Of a stretch of DNA of 49,201 bases, positions 1-8,670 are shown in pieces (positions within the stretch are counted from its first letter, which is position 1; every line of letters starts with the position of its first letter). The position numbers and the translations under genes were made by a program. The notes under the pieces were generated by a model. The model worked only from the letters and a program-made list of their open reading frames with translations, searched no databases and had not been told where the DNA came from. The DNA is from Elusimicrobiota bacterium (lineage in GTDB: Bacteria; Elusimicrobiota; Elusimicrobia; Elusimicrobiales; UBA9959), in NCBI GenBank assembly GCA_022013385.1, contig JAKLQJ010000202.1, positions 1-49,201 on the forward strand, in the 5' to 3' direction.

Positions 1-206
1 CCGTTTAGTATCTTGCGGGAAAGCTGTAGTTGCGCGCTGATGTCTTTATTATGCCTGTTCTTTAGCTCAAAACTTATACTGTCTCTGGCGGACAGCTTGG
101 CTTCCGCTCCAAAGACAATGGCATTGATTTTTTTATTTTCGCATTCTACTTCAAATATCAAGCCTATGTCTTTTTTTATTTTCCATTTGCCGAATAGAAT
201 AAGCAC
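1..206 (-). CDS. partial ORF running off the left edge; second copy or frameshifted continuation of the beta-repeat protein at 304..1002
   Basis: Checked codon by codon: the minus-strand frame is open from 314 down to base 1. The only canonical start is GTG at 204-206. The translation (VLILFGKWKIKKDIGLIFEVECENKK...) repeats the 'hxFxGxW...hxFxV' unit seen several times in the upstream 232-aa ORF. Not in the supplied ORF track. Confidence 0.3.
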   Translation of the reverse strand, partial: MLILFGKWKIKKDIGLIFEVECENKKINAIVFGAEAKLSARDSISFELKNRHNKDISAQLQLSRKILN

Positions 207-303
207 GCGCTTTACTGTTTCCGGTTTACCTGTGCCCGATAGGGTGCGGGAAGCACCTATGCCTATTTCGTATTTAATATATTTATCCTTAAATATCCCC
301 GCG

Positions 304-1002
304 CTAGTCTTGACTCAATTCAAAAACAGAGTCAGTTTGCGCATCAAGCACATAACTTATGCGGCCTTTGTCTTTTATATTCCAATAGCCTTGGAAGATC
401 AGTGTGTGAATTTTTTTGCGTTTGCGGATGAGCTGGGCTTTTTCATACTGATAGATAATCTGATGCTGTTTACCTGCCCCGCCGTTTCGCCCAGTGGCGG
501 GGGTTATTTCCCAGGCGCCTCTAAAAGTCAGGATATCGTGGCTTCCTTTTTCTTTTTGAACTCTGAACGTAAGACGATTATTTTTATCTGCTTGCCATGC
601 TCCCTTAAGCTGTAGAATATAGATTGATTGCATGTTTTCTTTAGTGCGAGTTGTAAGGCTGAATGCTATAGAATTTTTTGAGGTGTCGATAATATCCGCT
701 TGCAGAGTTAATTTATCGCCCAAGGTTTCTCTACCCCATTTATTAAGCGTCAAGCACAGGTTCTGATCTTCAGATAAAGACCATTTCCCCTGGAGTTCAA
801 CCTGATACGGCATTTCCGTACCTTGAGGCGTCGGAGCTTTTATATAATAGGATACAGTATTGTTTTCATCAGTTTTAAAGCGACCGTCAAGAACTTGCCT
901 GAACCTTGAGAGTTCACTTTCTTTACCGGATTTGTTAATGATAAGTCGATTGTAAGGGTCTATTTCGTAGGTGATTTTTTCGTTGTTTTGTTTCTTGTCC
1001 AT
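304..1002 (-). CDS. hypothetical protein with internal beta-strand-like repeats (units such as LQGKWSL..LCLTL, LKGAWQA..LTFRV, FRGAWEI, FQGYWNI..ISYVL)
   Basis: 232-aa ORF on the same strand as, and downstream of, the restriction operon. Internal repeat periodicity is visible in the translation. I do not recognise the family. Confidence 0.55.
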   Translation of the reverse strand: MDKKQNNEKITYEIDPYNRLIINKSGKESELSRFRQVLDGRFKTDENNTVSYYIKAPTPQGTEMPYQVELQGKWSLSEDQNLCLTLNKWGRETLGDKLTLQADIIDTSKNSIAFSLTTRTKENMQSIYILQLKGAWQADKNNRLTFRVQKEKGSHDILTFRGAWEITPATGRNGGAGKQHQIIYQYEKAQLIRKRKKIHTLIFQGYWNIKDKGRISYVLDAQTDSVFELSQD

Positions 1003-1030
1003 TATAAATATCTGTTGGTTAGTATTGGAT

Positions 1031-1162
1031 TTATTCTTTTTTTATAATCTTCCCGCACTCCGGGCATTCGACTTCGTTATCAAAAAACAAACTGCACGGC
1101 ACGTCAGCCCCGCAATGCGGGCACTTCACGACGTCTGCTCCCATGGCAAAGTCGAATTCCAT
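1031..1162 (-). CDS. 43-aa zinc-ribbon mini-protein (MEFDFAMGADVVKCPHCGADVPCSLFFDNEVECPECGKIIKKE)
   Basis: ORF found by hand, below the track's size cutoff. ATG at 1160-1162 and TAA at 1031-1033. Two CPxCG knuckles (CPHCG ... CPECG) are typical of a zinc ribbon. It lies between res and the 232-aa ORF on the same strand. No clear Shine-Dalgarno at the proper distance. Confidence 0.4.
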   Translation of the reverse strand: MEFDFAMGADVVKCPHCGADVPCSLFFDNEVECPECGKIIKKE

Positions 1163-1247
1163 GAATTCATCCCAAAAGTCTTCCTTATTCTATAGCTGAT
1201 ACTTTCAAGGTCTAACTTTGTTTCACCAATGACCAAAGCTGATTATC

Positions 1248-4200
1248 CTACTTCATTATTTTATCTCTCAATGCCTGATATGAATCAATGACATCGTATT
1301 TAATATCTGCATGCCCCAGGGCTTCAAAGTGTTTTCTCGCATAGCTGATTTTCTTCTGCTCTATTTCTTTTAATTGCAGGCTTTCCATGCTGCCTTTTGT
1401 TTCCGCGATAAAATAGACATACTTGTATTTATCGGTATCAAAAACTATCGCCCAATCAGGGGAATAATTTCCCAGCGGAGTTGGTATTTGAAAACCTTTT
1501 TGGCCTCTCGGTAATTTCGCGTAAACCAATACATCTTCTGTTTCAAGCGCCTTCGCGAAATCTCTTTCTATTTTAGAATCGGTTTTAACATAGTCATGCA
1601 CATGTTTTTTCACTTCGAGGATATTGTCCGCGAGAGAACCTTTAAAATTGTTTATGGTGAATATTTTGTCATCGTAGGATTGGTCTGTCTTTGAATAGAC
1701 AATATTATTGATGAGGGTTGCCGCTTTTTCACTGTTGATAAGATTTACAACTCCGTGTATAAAACTCTCCGGATTTACTTTGAAGTTATGAAAAGTATCA
1801 ACGCGCAGACTCTGCAATATCTTAACGACCGTCCTTCTTGTAAGGTTCGTCTCTTTCGCGATTTCAGCCACTAAATCATACTTCAACGAACCAAGGAGCG
1901 AATCGGCCTTTTCAGTAATATTCTTTTGTTTTTTCATGCTTTCGCCGGATTTGAGGCTTGATTCGTCAATTTTGTCTTCTTGTTCACCCGAAGTAATATG
2001 CACCAGAATCTTCTTAACCGTTAGATTCTTATCAATGGCTTCCGCGCTCTTTTTAATCAGTTCGTCGCTATCAAAATCCACCTCATAAACAGTTTTGACT
2101 TTTATTTTTTTCCATAAATCCTGAAACTCTTTTTTAGCGAAATTCTCGTTAGGTTTTAAAACATCGGCAGTTACATTGTTCGCATTTTCATTTTCTGACG
2201 CTTTAAAATTAGCCGTTGTGTAGATCTTGCTCATCAGATCGGCAACTTGTGTTTCAAACCCTTTTAACTTCTCCGGTACCTTATATTTTTTATCCGAGAT
2301 ATCTTTAATCAGCGTATCCGTTATCTGGTAAGCCTCGTTTACGTACCCTTTTGTTTTGAGGTCAAAAATCAGATCCATCGACGTCTGATTGTCAAAAATA
2401 AACTTCTCACCTTTGTCATTGTTTAAAACAAGGTCTTTCAATACATCGATGGTCAGCTTAACCGGCCTTTCAGAAAGCGACTCAACGATCTCGTTCTGCA
2501 ATTCTCTCGCAAAAGAGTCATACGATTCACTGGCAACAACGGTTAACTTATTCACATCAAAAAACTCCCCCTCGAGCACTGATGTGTCCATCCTGTCACC
2601 GTTGGAATTAACGCAGATTCTTAAACCCCGGCCAATCTCCTGCCTTTTACTTATGGTTGACTGGCTGTGCTTTAGAGTGCATATCTGAAAAATATTTGGA
2701 TTATCCCAGCCTTCCCGAAGCGCCGAGTGAGAAAATATAAACCTCGTCGGCTCCTTCAGATCCAAGAGTTTCTCTTTATTCTTCATGATGAGGTCATAAG
2801 CGCTCTCATCATCACTCCCGCCTTCACTCTTTTTCTCTTTAGAATCAACAAAGTGGCCTTTCTTATCGATCGAGAAATATCCTTTATGAATATCCTCAAC
2901 CGGATGCCCCAAAAGATATTTATTGTATTCTTCTTCAAAAAGGTTAAGTTGGCTTATGGCTTCCCTGTACTCCTCTTCGAAAACTTGCGCGTAATCACCC
3001 TTCTGATCAGGATTAGAGTAATCACGGTATTTCACCACCTCATTAATAAAGAACAGCGACAACACCTTGATCCCCTTCGCGAACATGATCCGTTCTTTTT
3101 CAATATGCGACTTTATTGTCTCCCGTATCTGAATACGCCGCACATGTTCTTCATCGACATGCCCTGCGGTCTGCCCGACGGATAATTTAACGCCATTTGT
3201 AAACGTTACCGTATTACTCAATCCATTAATTTCTTTTACAACAAATCCTTTGTATTGCTTAAGCTCATTGGATAAAACAAACAAATCATCCTTTTCCTTG
3301 ATCTGCCTGATTTTCTTCTGAATACCACTCGCCTGCTTTACTTCAAGCTCCACATAAGCAACCGGATATTTATCTGTGCTGATCTGGATCCGATCCATAA
3401 ACAAATAGCTGTTGGTTCCGCTGTTCCCCACGACTTCAATACCCTTCACGCTAATCTTTTTAACTAATTTCTGGTTATAGGCATCAATAGCGTCAAGGCG
3501 GTAGATTTTATTAAAATCTCGTCTGTGGGTCGCGGAATAACGCAAAGTGAACAACTGGTCAAATTCCCTGTCGGAAAAAATCTTTTCCGCCTTCTCCCCA
3601 AATCTTTGCGGCTCATCAATGATCAAGATCGGACGCGCTCTCTTTATGATATCGATCGGCTTCTCGGACTGCAGAGTATCGAGCTTCTGGAAAATTTTTC
3701 TGGATTCCTGACTGGTTGTGGCAAAGGCCTGATAATTCATAATGATCACTTCAATATTCGAGGTGTCCGCAAAGCTCTTGATATTAATGAGATTTGACTT
3801 GTTCTGGGTGTTGTAAATGGAAAAACGGATCTTTTTGCCGTATATTTCCTGAAAATGCTCTGCGGTTATTTCAAGGGATTTATGTACACCTTCACGAATA
3901 GCCACCGATGGCACCATGATAATAAACTTGTTCCAGCCATAATGCTTATTCAGCTCATACATAGTTTTGGTATAAACATAGGTTTTGCCGGTTCCAGTCT
4001 CCATTTCAATGGTAAAATTAAGACCATCTAACCAATCAACTACCTTTAACCCCTGTTCTTTTTGCAAGGTTTGAACATTCTTTAAAATATCACTATCGGT
4101 GATTCCCAGTTTTTTGTTGGAAAAAATCTCTTCAACTTTAATCTCTGTGCCAAATAGACCTCCGTCAATTGTTTTTCTGCTGACTACTTCTTTTCTGCCA

Positions 4201-4283
4201 CCTTTGCTTTGCCCTTCAAAACATCTGATAACTGCTGAGGCGGCATCGGCCTGATACTGCTGGTGTTTAAATTGCAGTTTCAT
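1248..4283 (-). CDS. res: Type III restriction enzyme Res subunit (DEAD/DEAH-type helicase plus C-terminal PD-(D/E)xK nuclease)
   Basis: Walker A 'METGTGKTY' and motif II 'IIDEPQRF'. C-terminal nuclease-like 'SPDWAIVFD...YFIAETKG'. 1011 aa. The ATG overlaps the rhuM stop (ATGA at 4280-4283). Confidence 0.9.
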   Translation of the reverse strand: MKLQFKHQQYQADAASAVIRCFEGQSKGGRKEVVSRKTIDGGLFGTEIKVEEIFSNKKLGITDSDILKNVQTLQKEQGLKVVDWLDGLNFTIEMETGTGKTYVYTKTMYELNKHYGWNKFIIMVPSVAIREGVHKSLEITAEHFQEIYGKKIRFSIYNTQNKSNLINIKSFADTSNIEVIIMNYQAFATTSQESRKIFQKLDTLQSEKPIDIIKRARPILIIDEPQRFGEKAEKIFSDREFDQLFTLRYSATHRRDFNKIYRLDAIDAYNQKLVKKISVKGIEVVGNSGTNSYLFMDRIQISTDKYPVAYVELEVKQASGIQKKIRQIKEKDDLFVLSNELKQYKGFVVKEINGLSNTVTFTNGVKLSVGQTAGHVDEEHVRRIQIRETIKSHIEKERIMFAKGIKVLSLFFINEVVKYRDYSNPDQKGDYAQVFEEEYREAISQLNLFEEEYNKYLLGHPVEDIHKGYFSIDKKGHFVDSKEKKSEGGSDDESAYDLIMKNKEKLLDLKEPTRFIFSHSALREGWDNPNIFQICTLKHSQSTISKRQEIGRGLRICVNSNGDRMDTSVLEGEFFDVNKLTVVASESYDSFARELQNEIVESLSERPVKLTIDVLKDLVLNNDKGEKFIFDNQTSMDLIFDLKTKGYVNEAYQITDTLIKDISDKKYKVPEKLKGFETQVADLMSKIYTTANFKASENENANNVTADVLKPNENFAKKEFQDLWKKIKVKTVYEVDFDSDELIKKSAEAIDKNLTVKKILVHITSGEQEDKIDESSLKSGESMKKQKNITEKADSLLGSLKYDLVAEIAKETNLTRRTVVKILQSLRVDTFHNFKVNPESFIHGVVNLINSEKAATLINNIVYSKTDQSYDDKIFTINNFKGSLADNILEVKKHVHDYVKTDSKIERDFAKALETEDVLVYAKLPRGQKGFQIPTPLGNYSPDWAIVFDTDKYKYVYFIAETKGSMESLQLKEIEQKKISYARKHFEALGHADIKYDVIDSYQALRDKIMK

Positions 4284-5329
4284 GCTTCGCTCCCATTCTT
4301 GCCAATCCGTTTTTTGATTTCTTTATCAAAATCCGATTCAAAAAGATTGTCCTGAATAGGACGGTATTTTTCAAATTCGCCTTCCGCAAATGCTTTGGCA
4401 ATTTCTGCAGTAACTTTTCCCGCATCTTGCAAAATTTCTTCTTCGTTAAACTGTAAAAAAGCATCCAATTTTGCAACCCAGTCTTCCATAGTCATGGGAA
4501 TTCTTTTTTCTGCCTGATGTTCGGCATAATCAAGGTACATGGTAACAAAACGATTTAATGGCGTTAACTCTTCTTCATTAAGGTAATTTTTAGCTATGTT
4601 CACATCAGATTTTCTAATTTTGCCATGAGGAGAATTTTTCCATGAAGTAAGACCCATCTTGTCTTTTTTATGATTAACTCGTGAAACTATGATTTCTGCC
4701 GCTGTTTGTTTGGTTATTGCCCAGTGAAGTTTATTTTGCACAGTAGCAAAAAACTTTTGCGTTATCTCTGAGCTTACATTGTAATCAATACTACATTCCG
4801 CATAAATATCAGTGATTTTCTGATACAACCTTCGTTCACTACTGCGAATATCTCTAATTTTTTCAAGCTGTTCATCAAAATAATCTTTACCGAAAACAGG
4901 TTTTGGATTTTTCAAACGCTCCACATCCATTGTGTAGCCTTTAATGATATACTCTTTGAGAACTTGTGTCGCCCAGATACGGAATTGAGTTGCCCTCATT
5001 GAGTTGACTCTGTACCCAACAGCAATAATCGCATCAAGATTATAAAATTTTGTCTGGTTTACCTGATATTTGCCCTCAATCGCCCCATGCTGGGTGGGTA
5101 TTTCCAAAATGGAAACAACCACTTCTTCATCAAGTTCTTTTGTTGCAAAGATATTTTTTAAATGTTTCGATACAGCGGGTACTCCAACATCAAAAAGCTG
5201 AGCTATTTTCTTCTGCGACAGCCAGATAGTCTCATTTTGCAGGTAAACATCAATTTTTACATCACCATTGGGATTCTTATAAAGCAAAAATTCTGTTAGT
5301 TTTTGATTTTTCTCTATATCTTTTTTCAT
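4280..5329 (-). CDS. rhuM: RhuM-family protein (virulence-protein RhuM-like; often embedded in R-M operons)
   Basis: N-terminal region 'IWLSQKKIAQLF...VSKHLKNIF...YNLDAIIAVGYRVNSMRATQFRIWATQVLKEYIIKGYTMDVERLKNP' matches the conserved RhuM core as I remember it. One nt separates the mod stop from its ATG, and a 4-nt overlap joins it to res. Confidence 0.8.
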   Translation of the reverse strand: MKKDIEKNQKLTEFLLYKNPNGDVKIDVYLQNETIWLSQKKIAQLFDVGVPAVSKHLKNIFATKELDEEVVVSILEIPTQHGAIEGKYQVNQTKFYNLDAIIAVGYRVNSMRATQFRIWATQVLKEYIIKGYTMDVERLKNPKPVFGKDYFDEQLEKIRDIRSSERRLYQKITDIYAECSIDYNVSSEITQKFFATVQNKLHWAITKQTAAEIIVSRVNHKKDKMGLTSWKNSPHGKIRKSDVNIAKNYLNEEELTPLNRFVTMYLDYAEHQAEKRIPMTMEDWVAKLDAFLQFNEEEILQDAGKVTAEIAKAFAEGEFEKYRPIQDNLFESDFDKEIKKRIGKNGSEA

Positions 5330-5330
5330 A

Positions 5331-7457
5331 TCATATCACCGTAACCTTTGTTTCAGGTGAGAGCCTCTTAAACCGTTCTTCCACATTAATACGGTCTTTG
5401 TCATCTTTGAAGCTGGCATCTTTGAATACAACTTTAAATGGCTTTAAAGCTGCTATAGAATCCACGATCTTGAAATCAATATCATTATCAAAGCAGGCCA
5501 CAAGAGCATTGGTCTGAACAATGAAAACGGTATTTTCCAGCATTTTCTTTGTTTCAACCGGCAGAGAGAGCTCCAAACCCAGATCAAGAATCACCTGAGT
5601 TAAAAGATCTTCCGGGGTACGGTCTTCTTTGATGTTGCTTTCAAGTTTAAAAAGTTCTTCTTGTTTAAGTTTAGCCGGATGATAAAACACATCTTTCATG
5701 TTGGTATCAGCGGTTTTGTAAACACGGAAACCGATATCAAGATTTTTTTGCCACGAAAGGCACGAAAGGTCACTAAAAGTTTCTTCTTTATTTTCACTGA
5801 ATAAACTTTTCTGGCTTTTCCCTTCTTCTTTTTCGTGTTTTTTCGTGTTTTTCGTGGCTAATTCTTCCAGTATCTTCTTCCCCGCGCGGCGGATACGTTC
5901 TTTGCCTATTTCGGCGATGGTTTTATAACCGGCTTTATAAGCTTCGCTGTTTTCGTCGGTTTTTTCGGGGAGCTGAACCATGATGAATTTGCGTTTACCC
6001 TTTTTTTGCCACGAAACACACGAAAGGTCACGAAATTTTTCTGAATCGGCATTCCCTTCATTTTCGTGTTTTTTCGTGTTTTTAGTGGCAAACTCTTCCA
6101 TCAGTTCTTCGGCGTTGAGTTGCATTACTGCGTGGGCGGTGGTGGCAGAACCTGAGAAGAAGTCGAGAATGACTGAATCGCTTTTGGTAGAAATTTTAAG
6201 TAACCGTTTAATTAGATCTACAGGTTTAGGAAAATCGAAATATTTTTTGTTATCGAACAGTGCCTTTGTTTCGAGTGTACCTCTATCTGTTTTGATTTCT
6301 TTATCATTCCAAATTGTATTTAACGTATATGTAACAGCACGGTATTTTTTTACAATTTGATAACCTGCCTCATTCTTAGCTTCCTTAGCGAAGAGAACAG
6401 TATTCAAATTATTTGCTGCTTTTTCTTTACCCCATCTCCAAACAGTTTTAATTCCTTGAGATTCTTGTGGATATACTTCTACCCACCCTTGTTTATTAAC
6501 AAGTGAAATTTCAAACAGCTTGTTTTCATCCATATTATTTGGATTAACATAAAACGGATAATAAAGATTTGGCCGATTTTCAACATTAAAGGTTATATTC
6601 CTATTTCTTAATTCGTACAAATCAAATCCACCTTTATCATCTTTATCATTAAACTCTTTTTCTGTATCTTCTAGAATTTCATATATAAAATCCTGATATT
6701 TAGAATACACAAGGATATACTCATGGGTTGTAGCTAATGAGCCATAAGGTCTTGCGCGCGAATCATTTTCTAAACAAATTGTATTTAACAAATTCCCCTC
6801 ACCATAAATTTCATCGCATATTTTTTTTAAATTATCTTGTTCACCATCATCAATACTAATAAAAATTACCCCATCATCCTTCAACAAATCCCTCGCAACA
6901 ATAAGCCTCTCATACATCATACTCAACCAGTCGGAATGAAACCTACCATTGCTATCGGTATTCCTAAATAGCTTTCCGCCTTCTTCATCAGTAGTTCCCA
7001 GTTCTTCTTCATACTCTTCTTTACTTTTCTTAAAATCATCTTTATAAATAAAATCATTTCCCGTATTATAGGGCGGGTCAATGTATATCATCTTTACTTT
7101 ACCCAAATAGCTCTCCTGCAAAATCTTCAACACTTCAAAGTTATCACCTTCAATATAAAGATTTTCCGTAGTATCGAAATTTACAGATTCTTCACGGCAA
7201 GGGCGCAAGGTTTTGGTAATTGGGATATTAGCTTTTAGTAAGGATGCCTTTTCCCCCGGCCAGTCAAGGCGATAGCGTTCGTTATCATCCTCCACCAGAG
7301 TTTTAGATAAAGCTTGTTTCAGCAGGTCAAAATCCACCGCTTTTTTAACCACGCCGTTTTCATCTCTTGTTTCGGTTATCACATTGGGAAACAATTGTGC
7401 GATCTGTTCAATATTCTTATCGGTTAAATCGGGTGTCTGCATTTTTAGTTTATCCAT
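5331..7457 (-). CDS. mod: Type III R-M Mod subunit, N6-adenine/N4-cytosine DNA methyltransferase (beta class)
   Basis: Catalytic motif IV 'IYIDPPYNTG' and AdoMet motif I 'ILDFFSGSATTAHAV'. The conserved tail 'RKFIMVQLPE...KAGYKTIAEIGKERIRRAGKKI...LDIGFRVYK' is interrupted by two repeat-derived inserts. Confidence 0.9.
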   Translation of the reverse strand: MDKLKMQTPDLTDKNIEQIAQLFPNVITETRDENGVVKKAVDFDLLKQALSKTLVEDDNERYRLDWPGEKASLLKANIPITKTLRPCREESVNFDTTENLYIEGDNFEVLKILQESYLGKVKMIYIDPPYNTGNDFIYKDDFKKSKEEYEEELGTTDEEGGKLFRNTDSNGRFHSDWLSMMYERLIVARDLLKDDGVIFISIDDGEQDNLKKICDEIYGEGNLLNTICLENDSRARPYGSLATTHEYILVYSKYQDFIYEILEDTEKEFNDKDDKGGFDLYELRNRNITFNVENRPNLYYPFYVNPNNMDENKLFEISLVNKQGWVEVYPQESQGIKTVWRWGKEKAANNLNTVLFAKEAKNEAGYQIVKKYRAVTYTLNTIWNDKEIKTDRGTLETKALFDNKKYFDFPKPVDLIKRLLKISTKSDSVILDFFSGSATTAHAVMQLNAEELMEEFATKNTKKHENEGNADSEKFRDLSCVSWQKKGKRKFIMVQLPEKTDENSEAYKAGYKTIAEIGKERIRRAGKKILEELATKNTKKHEKEEGKSQKSLFSENKEETFSDLSCLSWQKNLDIGFRVYKTADTNMKDVFYHPAKLKQEELFKLESNIKEDRTPEDLLTQVILDLGLELSLPVETKKMLENTVFIVQTNALVACFDNDIDFKIVDSIAALKPFKVVFKDASFKDDKDRINVEERFKRLSPETKVTVI
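5750..5858. repeat. palindromic 'GCCACGAAA' element, copy A, in-frame inside mod
   Basis: Left arm gccacgaaaggcacgaaaggtcac and right arm ttttcgtgttttttcgtgtttttcgtggc are reverse complements. Translated on the minus strand as ATKNTKKHEKEEGKSQKSLFSENKEETFSDLSCLSWQ. Confidence 0.8.
6008..6089. repeat. palindromic 'GCCACGAAA' element, copy B, in-frame inside mod
   Basis: Arms gccacgaaacacacgaaaggtcacgaaa ... ttttcgtgttttttcgtgtttttagtggc. Translated as ATKNTKKHENEGNADSEKFRDLSCVSWQ, the same frame and peptide ends as copy A. Confidence 0.8.
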
Positions 7458-7477
7458 TTATTTATCCCCTTTATCAA

Positions 7478-7503
7478 CCATTTTCCCGGCATCGGGAAAA
7501 TGG
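7478..7503 (-). promoter_or_regulatory. perfect 11-bp stem / 4-nt loop hairpin between the DUF4391 gene and mod
   Basis: ccattttcccg-gcat-cgggaaaatgg. On the minus strand it ends about 20 nt before the mod ATG (followed by ttgataaaggggataaataaATG). No U-tract follows, so it is not a classical terminator. Confidence 0.5.
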
Positions 7504-7522
7504 TCTTAAGTTTTTTTATAAT

Positions 7523-8164
7523 TCATAATTTACAATTCATAATTATATCCAACTGTTTCTTTCTTTCCAGTAATACCTTATTTATCTCAACCTTACGGTT
7601 AAACTGTTTCTCTTTTGATATTTTGTTCCGTAAAACACTGATCTCGTTTTCTAAAGCCTTGATCTTGTTATCAATATCTATGATCTCATTAAAACTGCTT
7701 TTAGCTTGCGCTTCAGTTCGTATAAAGGTTTTTACTATCTTTTGATATACCTTTTCAAGATCAATACCGGTAAAATCAAAGTGCTTCTCTTCGTTCCAAT
7801 CAGAGAAGTAATAGTTTTCGGCGTTTTTGTTCTCTTTTAATGTGATCCCGTATGCCTCGTTTTCTTTGTAGATAAAGCGGTACAAAATCTGATACGGAAT
7901 GGCTTTATCAATGACCTTAAGGACGTTTTTGGGTATCACCTGTTCTTTAAGCTCAATTTCAAATATCTGTATCTCGATTACCTTGTCGGTTTTCGCAATA
8001 CCGACGGTGCTTTCAGCCAGTTTATATTTCCAGGTAATCTTCTGTATTTTATCAACAAACTCTTTCTGCAGCTTCGCGCTTAAAACCGCCTTCTCATAAA
8101 ACTTGTTCTTTGGAATAAATTTATTTACAAAAGCGGCCCTTGGTAATTTAAAGTTATCATTCAC
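7523..8164 (-). CDS. DUF4391-like protein
   Basis: 213-aa ORF with a GTG start (cac at 8162-8164) preceded by AAGGA. Size, the N-terminal 'LPRAAFVNKFIPKNKFYEKA' segment and its position between an SNF2 helicase and a Mod methylase fit the DUF4391 family as I recall it. Needs an HMM check. Confidence 0.65.
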   Translation of the reverse strand: MNDNFKLPRAAFVNKFIPKNKFYEKAVLSAKLQKEFVDKIQKITWKYKLAESTVGIAKTDKVIEIQIFEIELKEQVIPKNVLKVIDKAIPYQILYRFIYKENEAYGITLKENKNAENYYFSDWNEEKHFDFTGIDLEKVYQKIVKTFIRTEAQAKSSFNEIIDIDNKIKALENEISVLRNKISKEKQFNRKVEINKVLLERKKQLDIIMNCKL

Positions 8165-8181
8165 GATTAATCCTTTTTTTT

Positions 8182-8264
8182 GCCACTAAATACACAAAAG
8201 GTCACGAAAATTTTCTGTATCATTTTTTTTCTTCCTTTTAGTTTTTTTTCGTGTTTTTCGTGGC
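8182..8264. repeat. palindromic 'GCCACGAAA' element, copy C, intergenic
   Basis: gccactaaatacacaaaaggtcacgaaaa ... ttttttttcgtgtttttcgtggc. Lies between the GxxExxY stop and the DUF4391 start. Confidence 0.75.
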
Positions 8265-8284
8265 TATCTCTTTATTCCACTTGC

Positions 8285-8659
8285 TCATAGTATGATTCTT
8301 TTAATCTCAACCTTAGGATATGAACCAAAATTAATAACCAGGCCGAGTTTTAGACCTGTTGCTTTCAAATAATTTAAAACCTGTGCCTGATGCTCTTTTG
8401 CAATTATTTTTACACCTTTTATTTCCACAATTATTTTATCAAACAAAATAAAATCAGGCTTATACGTTTGATTTAACTTATCACCTTTATATTTTATTTC
8501 TAAGTTTTTCTTAGAAACAAAAGGTATATTATTCTTTGAAAATTCTATTTCCAGGCACTCTTGATAAACAGCCTCTAAATAACCATTTCCCATTTCTTTA
8601 TATACTTCAAAAACAGCTCCCTGAATCAAATAGCTCTCATCCTTATAAATTAAATCCAT
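8285..8659 (-). CDS. GxxExxY protein (PD-(D/E)xK-fold family)
   Basis: Eponymous motif 'GNGYLEAVYQECL'. Downstream 'YKPDFILFDKIIVEIKG' is a nuclease-fold-like D...ExK. 124 aa. Confidence 0.8.
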   Translation of the reverse strand: MDLIYKDESYLIQGAVFEVYKEMGNGYLEAVYQECLEIEFSKNNIPFVSKKNLEIKYKGDKLNQTYKPDFILFDKIIVEIKGVKIIAKEHQAQVLNYLKATGLKLGLVINFGSYPKVEIKRIIL

Positions 8660-8670
8660 AATTATAAATC

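Noticed and set aside
13-615. 200-aa plus-strand ORF (and many similar 60-150 aa ORFs antisense to long genes, e.g. 2389-2688, 2727-3185, 5980-6360, 9842-10090, 11422-11802, 16719-17093, 20937-21374, 27878-28297, 31417-31848, 36036-36404, 46856-47236)
   Set aside because: They lie antisense to, or out of frame within, much longer ORFs with clear family motifs. Their translations are low-complexity (Phe/Leu/Ser/Ile-rich), as expected of shadow ORFs in AT-rich DNA.
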